This document shows, piece by piece, positions 55,291-63,247 of a stretch of 64,000 nt of DNA. The notes below the pieces were generated by a model. The model was not told where the DNA came from. It searched no databases and was given only the letters and a program-made list of their open reading frames with translations. This DNA comes from Candidatus Nomurabacteria bacterium (GTDB lineage Bacteria > Patescibacteriota > Minisyncoccia > Phycocordibacterales > UBA918): assembly GCA_023898565.1 (NCBI GenBank), contig CP060228.1, forward strand, positions 432,594-496,593. The letters run 5' to 3'. Positions within the stretch are counted from its first letter, which is position 1. Every line of letters starts with the position of its first letter. A program made the position numbers and the translations under genes.

Positions 55291-55896
55291 ATGTCAAAGA
55301 AACCACACCAAGAACGATCACTCGTTCTCCTCAAGACCGACGCAGTACAGCGCAGTCTCGTTGGTGAAATTATCAAGCGATTTGAACAAACTGGCCTTAA
55401 GATTGCTGGTATGAAGATGATCTGGGCTACTGAGGCACAGCTCCTTGAGCACTACAACAAAGACGACGCGTGGTACGAAAAGAAAGGGAAGGGAATTGTG
55501 GCTGATCTTGAAGCGCAGGGTCGCCCTGTTGAAAAGGAAGCGATTGAATATGGAAAGGATATTATCCGTACAATCGTGCACTATATGCAGGCGAGCCCGG
55601 TAGTAGCAATGGTGCTTGAAGGCAATCAGGCTACTTCAGTGGTGACCAAGATTGTCGGTACCACTGAGCCGACTACTTCAGATGTTGGTACTATCCGCGG
55701 TGACTACACGCTCGACTCATTCGCACATGCTACCTATGAAAACCGTGCGGTACGCAACTTGGTGCATCAGTCAGAATCACCAGAGGAAGCCGAACGCGAA
55801 ATCAAAATTTGGTTTGCTGAAAACGAAGTACTTGAATACACCACTGCCCAGGAGCGTATTCTCTATGATGTGAACCTTGACGGAACAAACGAATAA
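55291..55896 (+). CDS. ndk: Nucleoside diphosphate kinase (with insertions)
   Basis: ERSLVLLKTDAVQRSLVGEII, SPVVAMVLEG, GTIRGDY, and an active-site His-containing block. Confidence 0.8.
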   Translation: MSKKPHQERSLVLLKTDAVQRSLVGEIIKRFEQTGLKIAGMKMIWATEAQLLEHYNKDDAWYEKKGKGIVADLEAQGRPVEKEAIEYGKDIIRTIVHYMQASPVVAMVLEGNQATSVVTKIVGTTEPTTSDVGTIRGDYTLDSFAHATYENRAVRNLVHQSESPEEAEREIKIWFAENEVLEYTTAQERILYDVNLDGTNE

Positions 55897-55916
55897 TTTC
55901 GCACTATAACTAATAA

Positions 55917-55997
55917 ACGGCCGGCCCCTCGACCTAATTTTTAAGGAGAACTTGTTTCGACTATAAAAACGGAAGTACTCTTGTAGTGCGGGGCCGG
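55917..55997 (+). repeat. Hairpin with the same 13-bp stem as the pgk terminator but a 53-nt loop
   Basis: AAACGGCCGGCCCC ... GGGGCCGGCCGTTT. Arm sequences are identical to the 5837-5866 hairpin. Confidence 0.5.
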
Positions 55998-56039
55998 CCG
56001 TTTGTGCTATACTAGCAACTGGAACCATTTACGTATGTT

Positions 56040-56226
56040 CTGATTACATATGTATAGGGCTACCTGAAGTCACGATTGGTGCCGAGAACTCGCAAGAGAT
56101 TTCGAATAGTCCGGTCAGAGAAGGTGCCCACCTGATGGAAATCATCAGGAGCATACGGTTGGTTCCATTGAAAAGACACCCCCTCCAGGGTGTTTTTTCT
56201 TGCCCGGCGCCCTTTGGGCGCCGGGC
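56040..56226 (+). promoter_or_regulatory. Structured leader with tandem hairpins upstream of the VanZ-like gene (candidate cis-regulatory RNA)
   Basis: CTGATG-GAAAT-CATCAG, then ACACCC-CCTCCA-GGGTGTTTTTTCTT (terminator-like), then GCCCGGCGCCC-TTT-GGGCGCCGGGC directly before the start codon. Confidence 0.35.
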
Positions 56227-56247
56227 AATTCTTGCTACTATTACTTC

Positions 56248-56625
56248 ATGCCTTCTGGTCTGATGATTTTGTTTCTCTTTGCCGGCGCCCTCTTTGCAGC
56301 GGTGCATTATGTGGCAGTGCTGGCTTCGCTCTACTGGTTCTTTTGGTGGTTTGATATTATGATGCATTTTTGGGGAGGGCTCCTCATCGGGCTTGGCGTA
56401 CATGCACTGGCACGCTACTCTTGGTGGCCGTTTAGGCCGACATGGATTGTCATGATTCTCGTTCTTGCTGTCATTACTGGAGTGTGGGAAGTGTTTGAGT
56501 TTGGCGTCGGGCTCTATAATCCGGCCACACATTTTATGGACACGTTGCAGGATGTGATGATTGGCTTTAGTGGGGGATTACTAAGTCATTTTCTTTTGAA
56601 AACGTATACAATGAGGAAACTATGA
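56248..56625 (+). CDS. VanZ-like family membrane protein
   Basis: DIMMHFWGGLLIGLGVHALARY and WEVFEFGVGLYNPATHFMDTLQDVMIGFSGGLLS resemble VanZ blocks. Chosen over the antisense ORF 56044..56532. Confidence 0.5.
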   Translation: MPSGLMILFLFAGALFAAVHYVAVLASLYWFFWWFDIMMHFWGGLLIGLGVHALARYSWWPFRPTWIVMILVLAVITGVWEVFEFGVGLYNPATHFMDTLQDVMIGFSGGLLSHFLLKTYTMRKL

Positions 56626-57989
56626 GTTCGACATTGGGTTTTTACGGCGGGGTTGGTTCGGTGACCGGAGCCAATTTTATGCTCGATACAGGCAAGGTGG
56701 CACTGTTGGTGGACTGTGGCTTAGTGCAGGGCGATAAGTTTGCCGCCGAAATAAATGAACGTCCGTTTGCTTACGATCCATCTCACGTGGATGTACTCTT
56801 TGTGACGCATGCCCACGCCGACCATATCGGCCGAATTCCAAAGCTCGTCCGCGATGGTTTTAAGGGGCAAATTTACTCGACCACACCGACCAAAGACCTC
56901 GCTCGCATTATGTTTGATGATGCGCTGCACATCATGAATTACGAAGCGGAGCGTGATGGTCGCCAGCCACTCTACGCGCAGCAAGATATCGATGTGGCGC
57001 TGTCGCTCTGGCAGACCGTGGGATATAACGAGCAGATTGCTCTGGAAGACGACATCACTGCCGTCTTCACCGACGCGGGACATATTCTTGGTTCGGGTAT
57101 GGTACAGCTCACGCGCCACGGCAAGAAAATTGTCTTCACGGGCGATGTCGGGAATATCCCACAGCCGCTTCTAGGGGCGCCAGAAGTGCCGGAGAAGTAT
57201 GACTATATGATAATGGAGAGCGTGTATGGCGACCGGGTGCATGAGGAAGTAGAGGAGCGTACGGCTATTTTGAAGTATCATATTTTAGAAACCATCAAGA
57301 AGCACGGCACACTCATTATTCCGGCGTTTTCGCTTGAGCGTACGCAGGGGATTTTGTTTGAAATTAATAACCTCATTGAGTCTGGCGAGGTGCCGTCCAT
57401 TAAGACCTATCTTGATTCGCCGCTGGCTATTAAAGTGACCGACATCTACCAGCACAGCACTGAGTACATGAGTCAGGATGTACAGCGACAGATTAAAGAT
57501 GGCGACGACATCTTTTCCTTTGAAGGGCTGTCGTTTACTGAGACCATGAAGGAGTCGAGCATGATTGCGCGCGCCGGTGGGCCAAAGATTATCATTGCTG
57601 GTTCGGGGATGAGTCATGGAGGGCGGATTCGGCAGCACGAGAAGCAGTTTTTGGGTGATGCCAACACCACTCTTTTGCTTGTGGGATACCAATCGGTCGG
57701 TAGTATTGGCCGGCTGCTCCAAGATGGTGCCAAGCAAGTGTGGATTGATGGCATGCAGGTGCGGGTAAAAGCGCAGATTGCTACCATTCGCGGCTACTCT
57801 GGCCACGCCGACCGCAACCAGCTTATCGACTTGGTTTACAGTGGTACGCAGGAATACCAACCGAAGCAGGTTTTTGTGACGATGGGGGAGGAGCGCTCAT
57901 CGCTCTTCTTGACGCAGCGCTTGCGCGATTATCTTGGCGTGAATGCTGTCGCACCAGATGAGAATGAGGAGGTGGAAATTGATTTTTAA
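56622..57989 (+). CDS. Beta-CASP family MBL-fold ribonuclease (RNase J/CPSF-like)
   Basis: THAHADHIG (HxHxDH), FTGDVGN, and YSGHADRNQL (beta-CASP motif C). ATGA overlap with the upstream gene. Confidence 0.75.
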   Translation: MSSTLGFYGGVGSVTGANFMLDTGKVALLVDCGLVQGDKFAAEINERPFAYDPSHVDVLFVTHAHADHIGRIPKLVRDGFKGQIYSTTPTKDLARIMFDDALHIMNYEAERDGRQPLYAQQDIDVALSLWQTVGYNEQIALEDDITAVFTDAGHILGSGMVQLTRHGKKIVFTGDVGNIPQPLLGAPEVPEKYDYMIMESVYGDRVHEEVEERTAILKYHILETIKKHGTLIIPAFSLERTQGILFEINNLIESGEVPSIKTYLDSPLAIKVTDIYQHSTEYMSQDVQRQIKDGDDIFSFEGLSFTETMKESSMIARAGGPKIIIAGSGMSHGGRIRQHEKQFLGDANTTLLLVGYQSVGSIGRLLQDGAKQVWIDGMQVRVKAQIATIRGYSGHADRNQLIDLVYSGTQEYQPKQVFVTMGEERSSLFLTQRLRDYLGVNAVAPDENEEVEIDF

Positions 57990-58036
57990 AGATTTGCGGT
58001 ATAATTACTCTATAGATAACTAACTACAGAAATACT

Positions 58037-58678
58037 ATGAGTCTAGAAAATGTTGGCAGAGCGGAGGGGGGAGAAAGTTTGGCGCAGAAGCAAGAAAGAA
58101 TACTAGATGGAATTGATGCTATTAAAGCAGAAGGGAACGCTTTTTTGGCGGCGAATGTAGAGTACATAGATTTAAAAAGAGGAGGTTGGAGTTGGGGGTA
58201 CGATACGCCAGATGAGGTAATGAATGAATGGCATCGGATTGGTGCTGCAGCCGAGAACGTTATTTCGGAAGCAATATCAAACGGTCTGGAGGTTGATTCG
58301 TTCGGGGACTTTTTTGCCGATCCTTCGACTATGGGTACTGTTGAAGCTGCAGCTGTCCAGCCTGACGTGCCGGAGGCATCCAATTCTATGGTGGAGAGCG
58401 GCCCGGAAACTACTGCAGAAACATACGCTGAATATCAAGAAATGTTGAAATATGCTGATACGCTCGAAAAGATTGCTGTGGCATTTCGAGCCTATGCCGA
58501 TGCTCATCAGGTGAAAAGTCCGTCTGGTAACTATATGGTAAAACTCCCATCGAGTTCTGTAGAGGTTGTGGTGGAAGATCAGTATAGCAAGATTCTCGCG
58601 GGCGATTACGGCAATATCTATGATTTTGATGTGGTTGCAGCTATGAAAAAAGTCTTGGAGTCAGAACAAGGAGTTTAA
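58037..58678 (+). CDS. Hypothetical protein
   Basis: 213 aa, acidic. No family recognised. Confidence 0.35.
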   Translation: MSLENVGRAEGGESLAQKQERILDGIDAIKAEGNAFLAANVEYIDLKRGGWSWGYDTPDEVMNEWHRIGAAAENVISEAISNGLEVDSFGDFFADPSTMGTVEAAAVQPDVPEASNSMVESGPETTAETYAEYQEMLKYADTLEKIAVAFRAYADAHQVKSPSGNYMVKLPSSSVEVVVEDQYSKILAGDYGNIYDFDVVAAMKKVLESEQGV

Positions 58679-58683
58679 GTTTT

Positions 58684-58710
58684 AAAAAAGCCCGCAGGCA
58701 GGCTTTTTGT
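58684..58710 (+). terminator. Terminator
   Basis: AAAAAAGCC-CGCAGGCA-GGCTTTTTG. Confidence 0.45.
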
Positions 58711-58835
58711 TTTGGACTTGGCACTGGCTCGTTGCCTTTGTCTGGCGGCGGTGCTTGCCACGGTTTCTTTGGGTGAGCAAAGCCCCAATTATAAATGAAC
58801 ATTTTCTTCTCCTAGAGATACACAAAAACCCGCTC

Positions 58836-58916
58836 AGAGAGCGGGTTTTATGTTCTACGTTAGAAAGTGGAGTACAACACAAAACTCGCTCTACGAGCGG
58901 GTAACCCACCAAGCTT
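58836..58916. repeat. Two related near-palindromic hairpins about 45 nt apart
   Basis: AAACCCGCTC-AGAG-AGCGGGTTTTATG and AAAACTCGCTC-TAC-GAGCGGGTAACC. Mirror-image peptides appear in the plus and minus ORF tracks. Confidence 0.45.
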
Positions 58917-59011
58917 GTGTGTTGTATGAAATCATTACGGTAATAGTAGCAGGATGTGTAGATTGGTCAAATAAAAACGTCCGCGGAGTAGTCCGCGGAC
59001 GTGGGTTGAAT

Positions 59012-59242
59012 TCAACTGATGAATTTCAGCCAGACGTACCAGATTGCGTATCCGAAGATTGCGCCAACGAGGCTATTTCGAACCATAATGGTCCAGAGTG
59101 GCAAAGGGATGACCGTCTGGCTGCTGATACGGTAGGGTATCGTGGCTTGATTCTGCCCGGGCAATAGGCATTTTTTTGCTTTGGTTAGTGTGTACCATAG
59201 AACGAACGAGATGGAGATAAAAATGCACCCAATTAGTATCAT
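59012..59242 (-). CDS. Small hypothetical membrane protein
   Basis: 76 aa with two hydrophobic helices. Followed on the minus strand by CCCACGTCCGCGGACTACTCCGCGGACGTTTTTATTT. Confidence 0.3.
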   Translation of the reverse strand: MILIGCIFISISFVLWYTLTKAKKCLLPGQNQATIPYRISSQTVIPLPLWTIMVRNSLVGAIFGYAIWYVWLKFIS

Positions 59243-59334
59243 AAAAACTCCATTTGTGCAGTTGTTACTTTCCGTACACTACGCGTGATTGTATTTTACG
59301 TCAAGTGGTTTAAATGATGTTGGTGAGCTGAAAA

Positions 59335-59378
59335 CAAAAGCCGCGGCCCGAAGGGCCGCGGCTTTTGTTTTCCATGAC
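59335..59378. terminator. Bidirectional terminator
   Basis: AACAAAAGCCGCGGCCC-GAAG-GGCCGCGGCTTTTGTTTTCC. Confidence 0.7.
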
Positions 59379-59392
59379 TGGTTTAGTAATAA

Positions 59393-59428
59393 GCCTCAAA
59401 AAAATCCCCCAAGCGGGGGATTTTTTTG
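59393..59428. terminator. Terminator downstream of rplT
   Basis: AAAAAAATCCCCC-AAGC-GGGGGATTTTTTT. Confidence 0.7.
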
Positions 59429-59434
59429 AGTTAC

Positions 59435-59782
59435 TTATTTTGTAACTTCACCAACGATTCGGTTGAAGGCTTCAGGGTTCTGAAGAGCGATAGTAGCGAG
59501 CACCTTGCGGTCTAGCTCAATCTTCTTGTCCTTGAGCATCTTGATGAATCGGCTGTACTTGAGGCCATGAGCCATGAGTGCAGCGTTGATGCGGACGGTC
59601 CAGAGACGACGGAAGTCGTTCTTCTTGTCCTTGCGGTGCGCAAATGCATGAAGCTGAGCGTGATAGATCGCTTCACGTGCGACGCGCTTCTTCTTTGAGC
59701 GCTGTAGACGGTATCCCTTTACTTCGTCGAGGATGTTGCGTCGACGCTTTTGGGCCATGAGGCCTCCTTTTACACGTGCCAT
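59435..59782 (-). CDS. rplT: 50S ribosomal protein L20
   Basis: MARVKGGLMAQKRRRNILDEVKGYR... is the L20 N-terminus. Confidence 0.9.
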   Translation of the reverse strand: MARVKGGLMAQKRRRNILDEVKGYRLQRSKKKRVAREAIYHAQLHAFAHRKDKKNDFRRLWTVRINAALMAHGLKYSRFIKMLKDKKIELDRKVLATIALQNPEAFNRIVGEVTK

Positions 59783-59806
59783 AGTTGTTCGTTAATTGCT
59801 TGCAAT

Positions 59807-59998
59807 TTAAGCGCCAGTCTTTGGCAGGAAGCGGCGAGTGATTCGCTTGCTCATAGTGAGAAGCTGAGTACGCTTGCGCGCGATTCGCTGCTGTCCGGTT
59901 TGACGAGCGTTGAAGTGGTTCTGTCCTGGCTTGCGCGCAATGAGCTTACCGTTCTTAGTCACTTTGATACGCTTCGTGAATGACTTGTTTGTTTTCAT
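59807..59998 (-). CDS. rpmI: 50S ribosomal protein L35
   Basis: MKTNKSFTKRIKVTKNGKLIARKPGQNHF... (63 aa). Internal ATG 59998 chosen. Track ORF is longer. Confidence 0.8.
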   Translation of the reverse strand: MKTNKSFTKRIKVTKNGKLIARKPGQNHFNARQTGQQRIARKRTQLLTMSKRITRRFLPKTGA

Positions 59999-60195
59999 AA
60001 AATTCGAATTTTTTGATCGGGCTTCGGCCGCTGGGAAGTGCGGCAAAGTGGGCAAAATATACCGTACTTGAAGATAAAAGTCCAGCAGATACGCCGTTTC
60101 TGTAAGGCTGTACAAAACTACTATTTTGTGACATTATGTGCACCGCACGTTTAGCTGACGTGTGGAATGTTCTTTTCATGAAAGGAGGTACCAGC

Positions 60196-60861
60196 ATGGT
60201 ACGAAGCATCTTGGCAGTATTGTTTCTGTGGTTTTCTTTTCTCGGCGTAGCACAAGCACTCCCGGTGCATGGTGTGCTCAACACGAAACCGGCCGGTAGC
60301 TTGCTGAGCGAAGGCGCGTCGTGGAATGGCCGCGGCAACTTCATTCAGTATGCCGCAGCAGAAATCAACGGTACCTGGGTTTATGAGTATTCGTTCAGTC
60401 TGCGGTCGGAAGATATCTCTTCCGTCACGCTCGGCTTTGCGGGTGGGTACGCAACCCCGGTCGTTGACCATGCCGAAGTGCTATTCGGCCTTTATGGTTC
60501 TGTGGGGGAATGGGTCAGTAGCGAACCCTTTGGAGGCGCTACTGTTTCTGGTGTCCAGTTCGATTTTGAGCCGGGCGACTTGTTTCATTTCGCGGGTGCG
60601 TCATACGGACTCGTCGTTATGACATCATCCGCAGCGCCAGTGTGGGGTGATGTGCTGTTTCTTGGTGAGCAAGGGTCAGCCGCCTACAACGCGCGATTTG
60701 GCGACATCGTCGATGTTCCATATGAAGACGGTGTGGTCTGGGGCAAGATTCCGGTGCCGGGCGAATTGGTCAGCGTGGTGTCGGAGCCGAACAGTGCCTA
60801 CATGATGCTCTCCGGACTCGGTCTGCTTGGCTTTTCTTTGCGGAAAAAGCTGCAGCCGTAA
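60196..60861 (+). CDS. Secreted protein with a PEP-CTERM-like C-terminal sorting signal
   Basis: AAAGGAGG RBS 7 nt upstream. Signal peptide MVRSILAVLFLWFSFLGVAQA. C-terminus VSEPNSAYMMLSGLGLLGFSLRKKLQP has the SEP motif + TM + basic tail. Local GC is elevated (~56%). Confidence 0.55.
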   Translation: MVRSILAVLFLWFSFLGVAQALPVHGVLNTKPAGSLLSEGASWNGRGNFIQYAAAEINGTWVYEYSFSLRSEDISSVTLGFAGGYATPVVDHAEVLFGLYGSVGEWVSSEPFGGATVSGVQFDFEPGDLFHFAGASYGLVVMTSSAAPVWGDVLFLGEQGSAAYNARFGDIVDVPYEDGVVWGKIPVPGELVSVVSEPNSAYMMLSGLGLLGFSLRKKLQP

Positions 60862-60918
60862 CCTCTTTTCTTTCAACAAGCCAGGTCTTTGGACCTGGTT
60901 TTTCTTTTGACTCAAATT

Positions 60919-60957
60919 ATGTAAACCGGCCGAACGCGAAGCGTTCGGCCGGTTTTG
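60919..60957. terminator. Bidirectional terminator (PEP-CTERM-like gene / infC)
   Basis: AAACCGGCCGAACGC-GAAG-GCGTTCGGCCGGTTTTGTG. Confidence 0.7.
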
Positions 60958-60967
60958 TGAGGATTGG

Positions 60968-61648
60968 CTACACCATTCCCATTTCGAGTAAGTCGTCGAG
61001 TGACTTTTTCTTTGACTTCTTTTCTTCTGCTTCAGGCTTGGCTTTTTTCTTTTCGGGCACTTTCTTTTCTTCTTCGAGAATTTTTGGTCGATCTGATGCT
61101 TTTTTTGCTTTACCGTCTCGTTCGATAGTGGTGGTGAAGCCTTTTGGACTTTTCTTAATCTCATCCGCAATCTTGTACTCTGCCGGAATAATCTTCAGGA
61201 AGCGTTCAAGACGTTCCTTTAGAAAGGCTGCTTCCATGTACTTGTAACGACCCCAAAGGAAGAGATCAACTTTTACGCGATGACCCTCTTCAAGCCATTC
61301 AGCGGCGCGTTTTGCTTTAAGCTGCTGGTCGTGTTCGCCGGTGCCAATTTTTACCTGGACACTCTTGGTTTCGGTTACATGTGCCTTAGCTTTGGCCTTG
61401 CTCGCTTTGCGCTTGGTGTCATAGCGATACTGCCCGAAGTCGGTAATTTTTGCTACCGGTGGTTTGGCATTGGGAGAAATCTCAATCAGATCAAGCTTTC
61501 GCTTCTCAGCTTCTTTGAGAGCATTTGCGAGGGAGAGAGTACCAAGGTTTTCGCCTTCTGGTCCGATGACTCGTAATTCGGCCGCACGAATAGCCTGGTT
61601 AATTCTCGTTCGAGTATCTTTTCCTGAAAACTGCTGTTTTGGTCGCAA
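60968..61648 (-). CDS. infC: Translation initiation factor IF-3 with a ~60-aa Lys/Glu-rich C-terminal tail
   Basis: INQAIRAAELRVIGPEGENLGTL...KITDFGQYRY...VKIGTGEHDQQLK is the IF-3 N- and C-domain. Non-ATG (TTG) start, as typical for infC. Confidence 0.85.
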   Translation of the reverse strand: MRPKQQFSGKDTRTRINQAIRAAELRVIGPEGENLGTLSLANALKEAEKRKLDLIEISPNAKPPVAKITDFGQYRYDTKRKASKAKAKAHVTETKSVQVKIGTGEHDQQLKAKRAAEWLEEGHRVKVDLFLWGRYKYMEAAFLKERLERFLKIIPAEYKIADEIKKSPKGFTTTIERDGKAKKASDRPKILEEEKKVPEKKKAKPEAEEKKSKKKSLDDLLEMGMV

Positions 61649-61805
61649 ATTGTTTTTGTCTTATTTATTAAACGAGGACGGCGAGTATTAAAAAATATTC
61701 GCGGTCGGCGATTCATCAAAATGTATCACAGAAGTGACGCAATGCAAGGCTAAAATCTGTGCTCTATCCAGATTTGCCCGAAGTCGGAGCGGTATAATAC
61801 ATAAT

Positions 61806-62264
61806 ATGTTTGAAGTATTATTTCCACTTGGAGTAGCACAGTACGTGCTGGGGGGACTCTTGGTTGGCCTTGGCATTGCGGTGCCCTATATTTTTACCGG
61901 TACAGTAGCGGGCGTGTCTACTTTCTTTACCGCTACATGGTCATATTGTTGTAGTGGTTCTTTTTTTCAGACCGACTGGTACAAGAGTACTCGTAGTTGG
62001 CGTTGGTTTTTGACGGCTGGGTTGGTATCTGGTGGTTTTTTCTATGTGGCGCTGACTGGCCCAATTGTGGTTACTGAGTTTGCGTGGTGGCGGCTGTTGC
62101 TCGGCGGGGTGTTGGTGGGAATAGGGGCACGCATGTCTGGTGGTTGCACGTCGGGGCATGGCATCTGTGGTTTGGCTGCGCTCGAAAGAGTATCACTGGT
62201 CGCTACGCTCACATTTCTGACGGTTGCAATTATCGTAGCGCATATAACTGCCTTAGTTCTATGA
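61806..62264 (+). CDS. YeeE/YedE family (DUF395) sulfur-transporter half
   Basis: ARMSGGCTSGHGICGLA conserved Cys motif. ATG 61806. Confidence 0.7.
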   Translation: MFEVLFPLGVAQYVLGGLLVGLGIAVPYIFTGTVAGVSTFFTATWSYCCSGSFFQTDWYKSTRSWRWFLTAGLVSGGFFYVALTGPIVVTEFAWWRLLLGGVLVGIGARMSGGCTSGHGICGLAALERVSLVATLTFLTVAIIVAHITALVL

Positions 62265-62680
62265 TTAAAATAACTATGTATATCGGCGGGGTGTTGTTTG
62301 GTTTTGGCTTAGCTTTGGCTGGCGCAACACGCCCAGAAGTGGTGGTGTCATTCTTGAATCTAGATGACCTTGGGTTGATTTTAGTAATCGGCACGGCGCT
62401 TATGGTGTCGCTCATTGTTTTTCAGGGGGTGACACGGCTCATGAAGAAGCCAATATTTGGTGAGTCGTTTGATGGGCATGATGGTTTCCCGGTGACTAAG
62501 CGAGCAATAATCGGTGCGATTATTTTTGGCGTAGGTTGGGGCGTATCGGGAATTTGTCCGGCGACATCACTAGCGTCGCTTGGGACAGGCAATTGGCCAC
62601 TCATATTTGCCGTGATAGGAATGTTTTTGGGTACATTGGTGTACGGCACTATCAAGTCACGTGCCGGTGTAGTCCGCTGA
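62261..62680 (+). CDS. YeeE/YedE family (DUF395) second half
   Basis: GWGVSGICPATSLASLG motif. ATGA overlap with the upstream gene. Confidence 0.7.
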   Translation: MIKITMYIGGVLFGFGLALAGATRPEVVVSFLNLDDLGLILVIGTALMVSLIVFQGVTRLMKKPIFGESFDGHDGFPVTKRAIIGAIIFGVGWGVSGICPATSLASLGTGNWPLIFAVIGMFLGTLVYGTIKSRAGVVR

Positions 62681-62765
62681 TATGTCTCGCAATTGTAATG
62701 TATGCTGTGGCTTGCATTAATCTGGCTTGTGCGTTTTACTGCTATTGGTATAGCACAAGGAGAAG

Positions 62766-63215
62766 ATGATGGAACTCTTGGTGATAGCTCCATATTTTTC
62801 GGTCCATACGGAAGATGAGCGTTTGCTCAATTTCAACATAATTGCTGCCGGAGAAGAGCAACAGGTGTGCGTTTCTTGTGTCAAACATGCGCGCGAGCTT
62901 ATCAAAAGCTTGTTTGAACAAGAAGTTATTGATGTAATCATTTTTGACTATCTCTGGGATCAAATCGAAAACTTTGCGCGCGTTGGGTTTCCGTACAGTC
63001 CGATGGATGTCGCATCTGACATAAAACTTGTTCAGGTTGGTGAAGAGCTGGAAAAGCACGAGTCTGTTCTGCAACAGGTTGTTGCGGTGGTTAATAGACA
63101 AATTGGAGTGCCACAGCCTGTGACCGATGAACAGATTGCTGCTGAGGCAGCAAAGAGTTCGCTCTCGCCTGAAGATTTCCCTGAGAACGATCAGGGACTG
63201 AGACAGATACACTGA
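62766..63215 (+). CDS. Hypothetical protein
   Basis: 149 aa. No family recognised. Confidence 0.35.
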   Translation: MMELLVIAPYFSVHTEDERLLNFNIIAAGEEQQVCVSCVKHARELIKSLFEQEVIDVIIFDYLWDQIENFARVGFPYSPMDVASDIKLVQVGEELEKHESVLQQVVAVVNRQIGVPQPVTDEQIAAEAAKSSLSPEDFPENDQGLRQIH

Positions 63216-63221
63216 ACCTAA

Positions 63222-63247
63222 CACCCCGGCACGCCGGGGTGTCTTTA
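63222..63247. terminator. Bidirectional terminator
   Basis: ACACCCCGGC-ACG-CCGGGGTGTCTTTAT. Confidence 0.6.

Noticed and set aside
55220-55414. 64-aa ORF MKKAAKALAFAAFLL... upstream of ndk
   Set aside because: It is the translation of the terminator palindrome AAAAAGGCCGCAAAAGCTTTAGCTTTTGCGGCCTTTTT and overlaps the ndk start.
56044-56532. 162-aa minus-strand ORF overlapping the VanZ-like gene
   Set aside because: Pro/Arg/His-rich junk composition. The plus-strand frame encodes a coherent polytopic membrane protein that is translationally coupled to the downstream RNase.
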